DNA of 64,000 nucleotides, from the NCBI GenBank assembly GCA_965243395.1, contig CBDEUS010000002.1, positions 96,001 to 160,000 on the forward strand, in the 5' to 3' direction. Shown here piece after piece: positions 1-10,944 of this stretch. This DNA is from Gammaproteobacteria bacterium (GTDB lineage Bacteria; Pseudomonadota; Gammaproteobacteria; UBA4575). The notes below the pieces were generated by a model. The model searched no databases, was not told the DNA's origin, and worked only from the letters and a program-made list of their open reading frames with translations. Numbering within the stretch: the stretch's first letter is position 1; the number at the start of each line of letters is the position of its first letter. Position numbers and translations under genes: made by a program.

Positions 1-32
1 TAGGCAACATCAAGATTACTTACTTCCAACAT
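1..32 (-). CDS. urtE: N-terminus of urea/amide ABC transporter ATP-binding subunit (runs off window)
   Basis: GGAG RBS then ATG TTG GAA GTA AGT AAT CTT GAT GTT GCC (MLEVSNLDVA) directly after urtD. Confidence 0.7.
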   Translation of the reverse strand, partial: MLEVSNLDVA

Positions 33-58
33 TATTAGTATTCTCCAAAACTTTGATG

Positions 59-808
59 TTAATGACCTAAATAAACTTCAATTACTTTTTCATTTTTCTG
101 TATTTCTGCCATATTTCCCTCGGCTAACACACTGCCTTGATGCAGCACAGTTACCTTACTTGCAATTTTTTCAACAAAATCCATGTCATGTTCTATGACA
201 ATTACACTACGGCCTTTACAAATACGTTTTAATAATTCACCAGTTTGCTCGCGTTCCTTTACACTCATTCCGGCAACAGGTTCGTCTAACATTAACAACT
301 CCGGATCTTGAATTAATAGCATTCCAATCTCTAACCATTGCTTTTGTCCATGACTAAGCAGAGATGCTTCCATATCAAGATATTCATCAAGATATATTTC
401 AACAGCTATTCGTCGAATTTCATGATCTACTTCAGGAGTAGTTTTGAAAAACAGCGCGGGCAGCACTTTATGTGCGGCTGGATAGGATACTTCTAAATTT
501 TCGTATACGGTCAAGTTCTCATAAATACTCGGAGTCTGAAATTTTCTACCTACACCCAAAGCAACAATTTTGTGTTCGGCTAATCCCCGTAACTCTTTTT
601 GATTAAACTTAATTGAACCTGTACTTGCTGCAGTTTTTCCACAAATTAGATCCAGTAATGTTGTTTTCCCGGCACCATTTGGCCCAATAACGACCCGCAA
701 TTCATCGGTGTCTACATACATTGTGACATTATCTACAGCTTTAAAGCCGTCAAACGATACGGTTAGGTCCTCTATAGAAAGTAGATAATCAGTATTGTTC
801 GATAACAT
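59..808 (-). CDS. urtD: Urea/amide ABC transporter ATP-binding protein (second copy)
   Basis: Walker A GPNGAGKT, LSHGQKQWLEIGM, LLMLDEP; paralogue of 12723-13508. Confidence 0.92.
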   Translation of the reverse strand: MLSNNTDYLLSIEDLTVSFDGFKAVDNVTMYVDTDELRVVIGPNGAGKTTLLDLICGKTAASTGSIKFNQKELRGLAEHKIVALGVGRKFQTPSIYENLTVYENLEVSYPAAHKVLPALFFKTTPEVDHEIRRIAVEIYLDEYLDMEASLLSHGQKQWLEIGMLLIQDPELLMLDEPVAGMSVKEREQTGELLKRICKGRSVIVIEHDMDFVEKIASKVTVLHQGSVLAEGNMAEIQKNEKVIEVYLGH

Positions 809-965
809 TTTTATAGACCTTTAATTCTTTATGCATTTCTAAATTAGGTGAATGAGTTTTGTTTTTATTTTCACTCATTGCTTCTTCATCAACTTCTTTC
901 GATTTTTTAACAGCATCAATTGTTTCTAGTATGGATATTAAATAATCTGTATTACTTGTAGACAT
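789..965 (-). CDS. Possible 58-aa ORF (MSTSNTDYLISILETIDAVKKSKE...), N-terminus resembles the UrtD N-terminus
   Basis: Open frame filling the urtC-urtD gap; SNTDYLISI vs NNTDYLLSI of UrtD. Confidence 0.35.
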   Translation of the reverse strand: MSTSNTDYLISILETIDAVKKSKEVDEEAMSENKNKTHSPNLEMHKELKVYKNVIEQY

Positions 966-970
966 TTTAT

Positions 971-2209
971 TTAAATTTTTGCTGGTTCTGGATCAGGTGG
1001 TTGTACATCATTATCTTTTTTCATATTTTTATCTTCACTAACTTCTTTATTTAACTTCGGAACTTCTTGTTCTGTTTTATTTTCATCAACAGATGCTGAC
1101 TGATCGGGCTTTTGAAAAAAGCTTTTCAGCCTGTCTCCATATTTTTCTCTAAGTTGTGTGTATACACCTGCAAGTCCATTAGGAAATGCGACGACAACAC
1201 CAATAAATAAAGCACCCATTAAAAACAACCACAGCTCTGGGAAGCTTTCTGAGAATAATGTCTTGCCATAATTCACCAATAAGGTTCCATAGACGGCACC
1301 AAATAAGGACATTCGCCCTCCAACGGCTGCATAAATTACCATCTCGATTGAAGGAACGATCCCTACAAATGAAGGCGACATGAACCCAACTTGAAGTGTG
1401 AACATTGCACCACCGATAGCGGAAAACATTGCTGCCACACAAAATATAAAAATTTTAAAATTGGAGACATCATATCCAGAAAAACGAACACGATCTTCTT
1501 TATCTTTTAAGGCTAAAAGTAATTTTCCAACGCGACCCGTTAAAATAAATCGTCCTATCAAAATACATATGACTAATAAAACGATGTTGACGTAATAAAG
1601 GATATATTTTGCAGAATCGGACGTGATATCCCAGCCTAATAGTGTACGTAAATCTGTAATTCCATTAACACCGCCAGTTAATCCTTGTTGCCCAATAATT
1701 AAGATTGTCAATATTGCAGCAATGGCTTGCGTGATAATGGCAAAATAAACACCGCCCACACGCCTTTTAAACATTGCAACACCGATGATGAATGCAAAGA
1801 TGGTTGGCACAACTAAAATTGCAATGAGTGCAAATGGAAAACTTTGAAACGGCACCCAAAACCAGGGTAATTCAGTTAATTGATTCCAGTCCATGAAATC
1901 AGGTATACCAGGTGTAGATTGAATAGCGGTTGTTTCTGGGTCTGAAGCTTCAAGCTTGAGAAACATCGCCATGCAATAGCCCCCCAATCCAAAAAACACA
2001 CCTTGACCAAGACTTAGAATTCCACCATACCCCCAACAAAGCACTAGACCAATTGCAACAAACGCATAGGTTAAGTATTTACCTACTAAGTTCAGTCTAA
2101 AGATGTCAAGAAATAAAGGTAAAACTAATGCAATAAAAGCAACTAAAACTAAAAGACCAATAAAATCTTTTTTAGCCCCAAATACTCTTTGTGAAATCGA
2201 CAATGCCAT
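971..2209 (-). CDS. urtC: Urea/amide ABC transporter permease
   Basis: GKYLTYAFVAIGLVLCWGYGGILSLGQG, LivM-like membrane protein. Confidence 0.9.
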   Translation of the reverse strand: MALSISQRVFGAKKDFIGLLVLVAFIALVLPLFLDIFRLNLVGKYLTYAFVAIGLVLCWGYGGILSLGQGVFFGLGGYCMAMFLKLEASDPETTAIQSTPGIPDFMDWNQLTELPWFWVPFQSFPFALIAILVVPTIFAFIIGVAMFKRRVGGVYFAIITQAIAAILTILIIGQQGLTGGVNGITDLRTLLGWDITSDSAKYILYYVNIVLLVICILIGRFILTGRVGKLLLALKDKEDRVRFSGYDVSNFKIFIFCVAAMFSAIGGAMFTLQVGFMSPSFVGIVPSIEMVIYAAVGGRMSLFGAVYGTLLVNYGKTLFSESFPELWLFLMGALFIGVVVAFPNGLAGVYTQLREKYGDRLKSFFQKPDQSASVDENKTEQEVPKLNKEVSEDKNMKKDNDVQPPDPEPAKI

Positions 2210-2221
2210 ATTTTTATTCCT

Positions 2222-3148
2222 TTATTTTCTGATCTTGATGGTGAATAGACCTTCTGGTTTTAACATCAGAATTCCAATTACAGTTAACAAGGTAATGACT
2301 TTCGCCATGGAGCCAGATAGGAAAAATTCTAAAATCGATTGTGCTTGTGCAATTGAGAATGCCGATGCAATAGTGCCCAACAAACTTGCTGCGCCTCCAA
2401 AGACCACTACTAAGAATGTGTCCACAATATAAAGTGAACCACTTGTTGGACCTGTAGAAGCAATAGTTGTAAATACCGCGCCTGCGACACCTGCGATTCC
2501 ACACCCTAATGCGAAGGTGTAACGATCCACTTTACTTGTATTAATTCCGGCCGCACCACTCATAACACGATTTTGTGTAGTTGCTCTTACCTTTAATCCC
2601 CAACGAGAACGATAGAGCAAATAAAAAACTACACCGGTAAGTACGGTAGTAATACTGACCACTAACAAACCATTGATAGGAATTTCGATCGTGTCAGTAA
2701 GTTGCACTGAACCTAAAAGCCAGTCCGGTAATGTTGGGCTGACTTCTCTAGCACCAAAAGAAGAACGAAATATTTGTTGCATAATTAGGCTAAGCCCCCA
2801 GGTAGCAAGCAATGTATCCAGAGGGCGCTTATATAAAAACCGAATTAACGAAAACTCGACTAAATACCCAACGATGAAAGCAATACTAAAAGCAACAAAA
2901 ATTGCTAGTAAGAAGTAATAGTCCATGAAACCGGGAAAACTTTTTTGCGTGATAGATGAAATAAAAAAAGTCGTATAAGCCCCAATAGTTAGAAATTCTC
3001 CATGAGCCATATTAATTACGCCCATTTGCCCAAAAATAATCGCGAGACCCAACGCCATCAATAGAAATACACAAAATAAGCTCAATCCGGAGAACCCTTG
3101 CATCGCAAAAATCGAACCTATTTCTGAAGCGGTATAACCCTCAAACAT
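2222..3148 (-). CDS. urtB: Urea/amide ABC transporter permease
   Basis: GVINMAHGE motif, LivH-like. Confidence 0.9.
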   Translation of the reverse strand: MFEGYTASEIGSIFAMQGFSGLSLFCVFLLMALGLAIIFGQMGVINMAHGEFLTIGAYTTFFISSITQKSFPGFMDYYFLLAIFVAFSIAFIVGYLVEFSLIRFLYKRPLDTLLATWGLSLIMQQIFRSSFGAREVSPTLPDWLLGSVQLTDTIEIPINGLLVVSITTVLTGVVFYLLYRSRWGLKVRATTQNRVMSGAAGINTSKVDRYTFALGCGIAGVAGAVFTTIASTGPTSGSLYIVDTFLVVVFGGAASLLGTIASAFSIAQAQSILEFFLSGSMAKVITLLTVIGILMLKPEGLFTIKIRK

Positions 3149-3277
3149 TTGAAATCCTTATTACTCTATTTCTAAATTTTTTTATGTTTCTAAATGAGTT
3201 TCTTAAAATGAGAGGAGACTTAAATGAATCAGGAGTGAGTTAAAAAAGCTCCTCTCGAGCGGGGGCAAACTAAATCA

Positions 3278-4516
3278 TTATTGATAACCTTCCGGGAAAG
3301 GATTGGGTTCAATCAAATCAGATTCCCAAATCACATCAAATTGGCCATCTTTCCTGGCCCTTCCAATTCTGGTTTTACTCCATAAATGGTGATTAGAATC
3401 ATGAATGCGAACATACCCTTCAGGTGCACCATCAAATTCAATCCCGTTTGATGATTCAGCAATCTTATCTATATCAAAGCTTCCTGCTTTTTCTACTGCA
3501 AGCTTCCATAACCATGGTCCGAGATAAGCTGCCTGAGTTACGTCTCCAATTACACTGTCTTCACCCCACATTTCCTTAAAGGCTTTCACGAATGCAACGT
3601 TGTTAGGGTTATCTAAAGATTGGAAGTATTTCATCGCAGCGTAGAATCCCTCTACATTTTCACCACCAATACCTAACATTTCGTCTTCCGTTACCGAGAT
3701 AGTGAGCAGTGTCCATTTATCAGATGTTATGCCAGCTGCTTTTAACTGCTTGTACCAAGAAACATTACTTCCACCAACGACAATGCTGTAGATTACATCT
3801 GGCTTCTTTAATTTAATTTTGTTAATTAGAGAGCCAAAATTTGTATGGCCAAGAGGGTAATATTCCTCACCTACTACTTTGCCACCTAAAACATTTTCAA
3901 TATGCTTACGTGCAATTTTGTTTGATGTTCTGGGCCAAATATAATCAGAACCAATCAGATAAAATGTTTTTGCATCCTTTTCTTCAGCAACCCAATCTAG
4001 GCCTGCAATAATTTGCTGAGTGGCTTCTTGGCCTGTGTAAATTACATTTTTTGATTGCTCAAGGCCTTCGTAAAAGGTTGGGTAATAAAGCATGCCATTC
4101 TCTTTTTCGAAAACGGGCAAAACAGCTTTTCTGGATGCGGAAGTCCAACAACCAAATACAGCTGCTACTTTATCGTTAACCAATAATTTTCGTGCTTTTT
4201 CAGCAAAGGTAGGCCAGTCACTCGCACCATCTTCTTGAATAACTTTAATTTGTCTGCCGAGTATTCCACCTGCCTCATTAATTTGCTTGATAGCAAGTTT
4301 TTCAGCTTCAACCGAGCCAGATTCACTAATCGCCATGGTTCCAGTTACGGAATGTAATATACCCACAGTAACTTCTGTATCTGTTACCGCTAATCCTGTG
4401 GTATTCACTTCAGCAGTAGGGAATTCCATAGAATAAACACTACTAACAGAAACTGAATATAGAATTAGTACCGAAAAATACAGTAGGTATTTTCTCATCA
4501 TTTTTTTAATTAACAT
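3278..4516 (-). CDS. urtA: Urea/short-chain amide ABC transporter substrate-binding protein (FmdD-like)
   Basis: GILHSVTGTMAISE, FGCWTSASRKAV, signal peptide; lies downstream of formamidase. Confidence 0.9.
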   Translation of the reverse strand: MLIKKMMRKYLLYFSVLILYSVSVSSVYSMEFPTAEVNTTGLAVTDTEVTVGILHSVTGTMAISESGSVEAEKLAIKQINEAGGILGRQIKVIQEDGASDWPTFAEKARKLLVNDKVAAVFGCWTSASRKAVLPVFEKENGMLYYPTFYEGLEQSKNVIYTGQEATQQIIAGLDWVAEEKDAKTFYLIGSDYIWPRTSNKIARKHIENVLGGKVVGEEYYPLGHTNFGSLINKIKLKKPDVIYSIVVGGSNVSWYKQLKAAGITSDKWTLLTISVTEDEMLGIGGENVEGFYAAMKYFQSLDNPNNVAFVKAFKEMWGEDSVIGDVTQAAYLGPWLWKLAVEKAGSFDIDKIAESSNGIEFDGAPEGYVRIHDSNHHLWSKTRIGRARKDGQFDVIWESDLIEPNPFPEGYQ

Positions 4517-4558
4517 TGTTAGCCTCTATTTATAAAAGAAAATAATCAAAACTAACAA

Positions 4559-4575
4559 TGCAATTACAGTGCCAA
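4559..4575 (-). promoter_or_regulatory. sigma54 -24/-12 promoter
   Basis: TTGGCAC-TGTAA-TTGCA on minus strand upstream of the second urtA. Confidence 0.85.
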
Positions 4576-4750
4576 TTTTTTTAGATAATGTTTTTCACAA
4601 ATTTTCAAAATAAATAAAAATAATAAAAATTTTATGCACTAAAAGATTACGGTGCGCACAAAAAAATGATTTTGTGAGAAAAACTAATTAATAATGAATA
4701 GACACTCACGCAATTCACGCAAATATCTTTTTAATACTATTAAATTAAAT

Positions 4751-5023
4751 TTAGAGATTAATCTGAGGAAGTGAACTTTTATTTGTGGAAACAATTTTCT
4801 TTATTGTTCCACAATGCCAAGAAGATTTACGTGGACTTTCTAATTTCTGTTCTTCTAATGTGTATTTTATTTTTTCAAGACTATAGCCACTTCTTCGCAT
4901 AACAAGAATTTTCATTATTGTTTTACGAGCAGAGCTGTCTACCATATGATAACCCGCTTTAGAAATTCTCCATCCATAACGAATTCGATTCGGATTTTGA
5001 TGCGTCTGTTTATATTTACGCAT
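4751..5023 (-). CDS. Small basic protein resembling a serine-recombinase DNA-binding domain
   Basis: YGW ... SGYSLEKIKYTL ... SPRKSSWHCGTIKKIV pattern; no catalytic domain. Confidence 0.55.
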   Translation of the reverse strand: MRKYKQTHQNPNRIRYGWRISKAGYHMVDSSARKTIMKILVMRRSGYSLEKIKYTLEEQKLESPRKSSWHCGTIKKIVSTNKSSLPQINL

Positions 5024-5040
5024 AGTGGATTTTAAACCGG

Positions 5041-5358
5041 TTAATGGCCTAACATCCAGGGACGAGAGTTTTTCCTAGCCGTTTTATATTTAGTTTGCGC
5101 TTCAGCTGATGCATGATGACTGTGTGAACATGTATGCGAATGTGAATGTGAAACATGTTTAGGTTCATGCATGCTCTTCTCATTACGTTGCCATGCCTTC
5201 CGGTTGGTATCCGTCATGATGCTTAAATTAGGCGCAGTAATACATCTATTGGCGAGTCCATTGCATTGCGGACAATTCGTTCGTTCATTCCTTTTTGTAA
5301 TTGGCTTTAATTCAACAAACTCGCCGTGAGTATCACAGGTATATGTATAGATTGGCAT
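5041..5358 (-). CDS. fmdB: FmdB-family zinc-ribbon protein
   Basis: MPIYTYTC..HG..CPQC, His-rich tail, ends RPWMLGH; follows formamidase. Confidence 0.88.
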   Translation of the reverse strand: MPIYTYTCDTHGEFVELKPITKRNERTNCPQCNGLANRCITAPNLSIMTDTNRKAWQRNEKSMHEPKHVSHSHSHTCSHSHHASAEAQTKYKTARKNSRPWMLGH

Positions 5359-5367
5359 TTCTCATCC

Positions 5368-6594
5368 TTAAGAACAAACGGCCAAATCTTCACTACCCGT
5401 TACAAATTTTGTAGGGCCATCAGCGTTGATACTAATATCAAAATCAAAGATTCCTGTTGGTAACCACAAAGTGGAACAAGCGTTAGGAATATCTACAATT
5501 CCACTAATGTGCCCCTCAACAGGCGCTGTGCCTAAAATTGCATAACCCTGCGCACCTGTGAAGCCAAAGTTCTTCATGTATTCAATCGCGTTTAGACAAG
5601 CTCTTCGGTATGCAACATGAGGATCTAAGTAATACTGCTTACCATCTTCATCAACTGAAATTCCTTCAAAAATTAAATAATCAGAATAATCAGGATCAAT
5701 TTTGCTCGGCTTAAAAATCGGGTTAATTACAGAATACTTCTCCATTCCACCTTTGATGACATTTACACGGATATCAAGATAACCTGCCATTTCAATTGCA
5801 CCGCAAAATGTAATTTCACCATCACCTTGTGAGAAATGAATATCACCCATCGACAGACCCGCACCATCAACATAAACAGGAAAGTAAACTGTGGAGCCAC
5901 GCGATAAGTTTTTAATATCACAGTTACCTCCGTGCTCTCTAGGTGGAACTGTACGTGCAGCTTCCGCAGCCGCTTTATCACGTGCAGCACCTTCAAGTGT
6001 TCCCATTACTGCTGTATCGGCATAGGGCAAAGCGGCCAGAGGAGGAACACGATCAGGATCGGTATTCACTAATTCGGTTTCACGCGCGTTCCATTCGCTT
6101 AGTAATTCAGCAGACGGTAAACATCCTATTAGTCCTGGATGCATTGTTCCCGGGAATTTAACTTGGGGAATATGTCGACTCGATGCCCACACACCACTGA
6201 AGTCCCAACATGCTTTTCTTGCTTCAGGAAAATGTTCAGTTAAAAAACCACCACCATTTTCACGCGCAAAAAATCCAGTAAAACCCCACGCAGATTCTGG
6301 TAACACACCGACATCTAAAATATCTACAACTAATAGATCTCCAGCTTTTGCACCTTCCACTTTAATAGGGCCACTCAGATAGTGAACCTTCGTTAAGTCA
6401 ACATCGCGAACATCATTTGCACTGTTATCATTTTCAATTTGTCCACCCGTCCAGTCGATACATTCCACTCTAAATTCGTCCCCCGGTTTTACTACACGAG
6501 AAAATGGAATATCCGGATGCCAACGATTGTGCAAAACGTCAGATTGCTCTTCAGGAGTTTTATTAAAATCTACTTCTATGAGGGTTTCGATCAT
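5368..6594 (-). CDS. fmdA: Formamidase (FmdA/AmdA family)
   Basis: HNRWHPDIP, PPREHGGNCDIKNL, GDIHFSQGDGEITFCGAIE. Confidence 0.95.
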   Translation of the reverse strand: MIETLIEVDFNKTPEEQSDVLHNRWHPDIPFSRVVKPGDEFRVECIDWTGGQIENDNSANDVRDVDLTKVHYLSGPIKVEGAKAGDLLVVDILDVGVLPESAWGFTGFFARENGGGFLTEHFPEARKACWDFSGVWASSRHIPQVKFPGTMHPGLIGCLPSAELLSEWNARETELVNTDPDRVPPLAALPYADTAVMGTLEGAARDKAAAEAARTVPPREHGGNCDIKNLSRGSTVYFPVYVDGAGLSMGDIHFSQGDGEITFCGAIEMAGYLDIRVNVIKGGMEKYSVINPIFKPSKIDPDYSDYLIFEGISVDEDGKQYYLDPHVAYRRACLNAIEYMKNFGFTGAQGYAILGTAPVEGHISGIVDIPNACSTLWLPTGIFDFDISINADGPTKFVTGSEDLAVCS

Positions 6595-6678
6595 GCGAGG
6601 AATCTCCTTGTGTAATTATTCTTATCACTGTTCTGCTGCTGTTACTAACAAGAACAATGAGTAGTTTTAATTACTAGG

Positions 6679-6720
6679 AGCACGATTCGTGCCAAGATTT
6701 ATGCACTAAAAAAACGTGCA
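6679..6720 (-). promoter_or_regulatory. sigma54 promoter of fmdA with adjacent NtrC-like TGCAC...GTGCA site
   Basis: TTGGCAC-GAATC-GTGCT (6679-6695, minus); TGCAC-N9-GTGCA at 6702-6720 (spacing non-canonical). Confidence 0.7.
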
Positions 6721-6825
6721 ATATAAGAGAAAAATCACGAATAATTTAGTTTTAAACCAGTTTTATGCACTAAAAAATATTTCACGCACCGAAATTTAAC
6801 AGGTAACTTAACAATGCTATTGAAT

Positions 6826-7434
6826 TTAATTTAACATCCCATGTGATTTTATAAACTGTATTACTTCATCCAATCCGTCTTGTGATTTGAGATTGGTAAA
6901 CACAAATGGCCTCTCTCCACGCATCTTTTTTGCATCACGATCCATCACTTCTAATGAAGCACCCACCATGGGTGCTAAATCAGTTTTATTAATCACAAGT
7001 AAATCAGATTTCGTTATTCCCGGTCCGCCTTTTCGAGGGATCTTATCTCCAGCAGCTACATCTATGACATAAATCGTTAGATCAGAGAGCTCGGGGCTAA
7101 ATGTCGCGCTTAAGTTGTCACCACCACTCTCTACTAATACAAAATCCAATTTAGGGAACTCATTACATAATTCCTCAACGGCTGCTAAGTTAATAGAAGC
7201 ATCTTCTCTAATCGCAGTATGAGGACAGCCACCTGTTTCTACACCTTTGATTCGTTCTTTAGACAAGGCTTCGTGTTTAATTAAAAATTCGGCATCTTCA
7301 CGTGTATAAATATCATTCGTAACTACGCCAATTTCATAATCTTCACGCATTGCCATACACAGTGCATTGAGTAATGCGGTTTTCCCAGAACCAACAGGAC
7401 CGCCCACCCCAACTCTAAGAACTTGTTTCGACAT
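6826..7434 (-). CDS. ureG: Urease accessory GTPase
   Basis: [23 protein letters not shown]. Confidence 0.97.
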   Translation of the reverse strand: MSKQVLRVGVGGPVGSGKTALLNALCMAMREDYEIGVVTNDIYTREDAEFLIKHEALSKERIKGVETGGCPHTAIREDASINLAAVEELCNEFPKLDFVLVESGGDNLSATFSPELSDLTIYVIDVAAGDKIPRKGGPGITKSDLLVINKTDLAPMVGASLEVMDRDAKKMRGERPFVFTNLKSQDGLDEVIQFIKSHGMLN

Positions 7435-7448
7435 AACTACCTCTAATC

Positions 7449-8135
7449 TTACGATCTAAATAATCGACTATATTGTGTTTCATGGTTTGCACTGGCAATT
7501 CCTAATCCTACTGCCGTACTTCCTATATCTTCATCTTCAAGTGCATCTGCTATTTCAATTGCTTTTGGAATCTCACTTATTAGAGAAGACAGCATTCTTT
7601 GCCCTGATGTTTGACCCAGTGGAATTAATTTGATGGCTGCATTGACCTGATTTTCACACCAAGCCCAACAAAAACCGGTGCAGCAATCGAATTTAGAAAC
7701 ATTCCATTCTACTGATGCCAGAGAAAACGCAGTTGCATAGGTTGTATGCGGCTTATCAAGTATTTCACTTGCTTGCTGAATATTTAAATCAATGAGTAGT
7801 TTGGATAATGCTTTACCCAAGTATTGATCTTCATCGCGTAGTTCCTGTGATTCTCTGCATGCAAGTAAAAATTTACCCCAGCTAATTACATTGCCCATTG
7901 AATGATTCTGCCAGGCATCATACAAGCGCAATAACACAGGTAAATCTAAATAGGCTAAGGAATTTCGCATTAAGCCTGAAATCCAATCTAATGCGGTATC
8001 CTCATCTTTAATCCACTCCTGATCACAGGCAAATTCTAATCCTTGCGAATAGGCAAATGCACCAATGGGTAGTGATGGGCTCGTAAGCCTCATTAAATTT
8101 AATAACGCAGTATTATTTGAAATTGTATCCAGCAT
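7449..8135 (-). CDS. ureF: Urease accessory protein
   Basis: [16 protein letters not shown], ends [11 protein letters not shown]. Confidence 0.96.
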   Translation of the reverse strand: MLDTISNNTALLNLMRLTSPSLPIGAFAYSQGLEFACDQEWIKDEDTALDWISGLMRNSLAYLDLPVLLRLYDAWQNHSMGNVISWGKFLLACRESQELRDEDQYLGKALSKLLIDLNIQQASEILDKPHTTYATAFSLASVEWNVSKFDCCTGFCWAWCENQVNAAIKLIPLGQTSGQRMLSSLISEIPKAIEIADALEDEDIGSTAVGLGIASANHETQYSRLFRS

Positions 8136-8137
8136 AA

Positions 8138-8575
8138 TTAATGTGAATGCTTATGGTTGTGATACGCTCCAGACTCAGGTTCAAAAGGTTTCATTTCATG
8201 TGCCACAGTCAAACCCAGACTTATTATCATTTCATCCAGCACGTGGTCTTTTTGATAGACCAATAATGATTCTTCAACTTGCAATGCCACATGACGATTT
8301 CCTAAATGATATGCGGCTTTCATCAACAGCAATTTATCATCCGAACTTACAACCGAAACTTCTTCAGGCGCTGCAATAATTTTCGCAATCTCTCCATCAT
8401 CACTCTTTAAGCAATCGCCACCACGTAAAATTTCACCTCTTGATAACATTAACCCGACTTCTTCACCACTATCTGATTTTGTTTTCAAGCGTGCTTTTTG
8501 TCTTAGCTCATACGCTAGGGTTAATGTATGACTGTGTTCATGTGTGTGACTGACACGTTCAGTAAATATACGCAT
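8138..8575 (-). CDS. ureE: Urease nickel chaperone
   Basis: AYHLGNRH, FEPESGAY, His tail. Confidence 0.96.
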   Translation of the reverse strand: MRIFTERVSHTHEHSHTLTLAYELRQKARLKTKSDSGEEVGLMLSRGEILRGGDCLKSDDGEIAKIIAAPEEVSVVSSDDKLLLMKAAYHLGNRHVALQVEESLLVYQKDHVLDEMIISLGLTVAHEMKPFEPESGAYHNHKHSH

Positions 8576-10278
8576 TAGAATAGAAAATATTTTTGCGCCA
8601 TTGGAAGAACTGTTGCAGGCTCACAAGTTAACAATTCGCCATCCGCACGCACTTCATACGTTTGTGGATTAACTTCCATGTTTGGTTGGTAAGTATTTAA
8701 GTGCAGATCTTTCTTTCTAACATTTCGAGTATTACTAACAGGTGCCACAATCTTATCTAAACGCAACTTATCTTTAATTCCTTCATTCATTGCAGCTTGT
8801 GAAACAAATGTGATGGATGTTGAAGCATTAGCTTTGCTTTGTGCACCAAACATGTATCGGTAATGAGTTGGCTGTGGAGTTGGAATAGAAGCATTAGGAT
8901 CCCCCATTGGGGCTGCAACAATAAACCCACCTTTTATGATTAGCGATGGTTTCACACCAAAAAACGGCGGTTTCCAAAGAACCAAATCGGCCAGCTTACC
9001 TACTTCTATTGAACCCACTTCATTTGCAATGCCATGAGTAATTGCAGGATTGATGGTGTATTTAGCAACATATCGTTTAATTCTAAAATTATCATTTTGA
9101 CTATTGTCTTCAGGTAACGCACCTCGTTGTACTTTCATTTTATTAGCCGTCTGCCAAGTACGAGTGACGACTTCGCCGACGCGACCCATTGCTTGCGAAT
9201 CGGATGCAATCATGCTGAACGCACCCATGTCATGCAGAATGTCTTCAGCAGCAATGGTTTCTTTTCTAATTCTGGATTCAGCAAAAGCAACGTCTTCTGG
9301 TATGTTTGGGTCTAAATGGTGACAAACCATTAACATATCCAGGTGTTCATCAATGGTATTTACTGTAAAAGGTCTTGTTGGATTTGTGCTGGAAGGTAAT
9401 ACATTCGATTGACCGCAAACACGAATAATGTCCGGTGCGTGCCCACCACCTGCACCTTCAGTATGGTAAGTATGAATAGCGCGGTCTTTAAACGCTGCAA
9501 TCGTGTCTTCTACAAACCCAGATTCATTTAATGTATCCGTATGTATGGCTACTTGAATATCAAATTTTTCAGCCACATTTAAGCAGCTATCAATAGCTGC
9601 GGGTGTAGTCCCCCAGTCTTCATGAAGTTTAAGCCCCATTGCACCGGCTTCAATTTGTTCATCTAGCGCTGCAGACAAACTTGAATTGCCCTTACCGAGA
9701 AAACCAAGATTCATTGGTAAACTATCTGCCGCTTCTAACATACGGTGTATGTTCCAGGGACCCGGTGTGCAAGTCGTTGCATTCGTGCCAGTTGCAGGTC
9801 CGGTTCCACCACCCAGCATCGTTGTAACGCCAGACATCAGTGCATCTTCAATTTGTTGCGGACATATGAAATGTATATGCGCATCAATACCCCCCGCCGT
9901 AAGAATTTGACCCTCACCCGCTATCGCTTCTGTCCCCGGACCAATTACAATATCAACATCAGGTTGAACATCCGGATTGCCGGCTTTACCAATTGCAGCA
10001 ATGCGACCATCTTTAATTCCTACGTCTGCTTTTACTATTCCCCAATAATCAACAATGGTTGCATTAGTAATGACGGTGTCTACCGCTTCTTTAGATGTAG
10101 CCTGGCTTTGACCCATACCATCTCTAATTACTTTACCCCCACCAAACTTTACTTCTTCTCCGTAAGTTGCAAAGTCTTTTTCTACTTCTAGTAATAACTC
10201 CGTATCGGCAAGACGTAAACGATCACCTACTGTAGGCCCATACATTTCCGCATAGGCTTGTCTTGAAATTTTACTCAT
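8575..10278 (-). CDS. ureC: Urease alpha subunit
   Basis: [31 protein letters not shown]. Confidence 0.98.
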   Translation of the reverse strand: MSKISRQAYAEMYGPTVGDRLRLADTELLLEVEKDFATYGEEVKFGGGKVIRDGMGQSQATSKEAVDTVITNATIVDYWGIVKADVGIKDGRIAAIGKAGNPDVQPDVDIVIGPGTEAIAGEGQILTAGGIDAHIHFICPQQIEDALMSGVTTMLGGGTGPATGTNATTCTPGPWNIHRMLEAADSLPMNLGFLGKGNSSLSAALDEQIEAGAMGLKLHEDWGTTPAAIDSCLNVAEKFDIQVAIHTDTLNESGFVEDTIAAFKDRAIHTYHTEGAGGGHAPDIIRVCGQSNVLPSSTNPTRPFTVNTIDEHLDMLMVCHHLDPNIPEDVAFAESRIRKETIAAEDILHDMGAFSMIASDSQAMGRVGEVVTRTWQTANKMKVQRGALPEDNSQNDNFRIKRYVAKYTINPAITHGIANEVGSIEVGKLADLVLWKPPFFGVKPSLIIKGGFIVAAPMGDPNASIPTPQPTHYRYMFGAQSKANASTSITFVSQAAMNEGIKDKLRLDKIVAPVSNTRNVRKKDLHLNTYQPNMEVNPQTYEVRADGELLTCEPATVLPMAQKYFLF

Positions 10279-10301
10279 CGTTCTAATTACTCATATGTAA
10301 A

Positions 10302-10610
10302 TTATTTAACTGCACCCATTACTTTGGCATTAAAACCATACACTTCGCGCTTACCCACATATTCCACCAACGCGACATCCCGTTTTTGTCCAGGCTCAAA
10401 CCGAACAGCGGTTCCGGCAGGTATATCCAGGCGTTTACCTTTAGTAGCCTCACGATCAAACTCTAAGGCAGAATTGGTTTCATAAAAATGGTAATGCGAA
10501 CCTACTTGAATCGGCCTGTCACCAGTATTTGCAACCGTTATATTAGTTACATTACGTCCTACATTTAGTTCTAGCTCACCATCTGCTGCTAATAATTCTC
10601 CTGGTTTCAT
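10302..10610 (-). CDS. ureB: Urease beta subunit
   Basis: [24 protein letters not shown]. Confidence 0.97.
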   Translation of the reverse strand: MKPGELLAADGELELNVGRNVTNITVANTGDRPIQVGSHYHFYETNSALEFDREATKGKRLDIPAGTAVRFEPGQKRDVALVEYVGKREVYGFNAKVMGAVK

Positions 10611-10620
10611 ATTAATTCCT

Positions 10621-10923
10621 TTAGGTAATTGGGTTGTGTACGGTTACAAGCTTTGTACCATCGGGAAAGGTTGCTTCTACTTGGACTTCATGAATCATTT
10701 CTGAAATCCCTTCCATAACATCTTCAATCGTTAACAATGTTCGCCCATATTCCATACACTCGGCAACGGTTTTACCTTCACGCGCAGCTTCTAATATCGC
10801 ACTAGAAATAAAAGCGACTGCTTCTGGGTAATTCAACTTTATACCTTTGGCTTTTCTGCGTTCAGCAAGCATGCCAGCCGTAAAAAGTAATAACTTATCT
10901 TTTTCTCTTGGTGAAAGTTCCAT
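10621..10923 (-). CDS. ureA: Urease gamma subunit
   Basis: [26 protein letters not shown]. Confidence 0.97.
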   Translation of the reverse strand: MELSPREKDKLLLFTAGMLAERRKAKGIKLNYPEAVAFISSAILEAAREGKTVAECMEYGRTLLTIEDVMEGISEMIHEVQVEATFPDGTKLVTVHNPIT

Positions 10924-10944
10924 AAGAATTCCTTAGTAATAATT

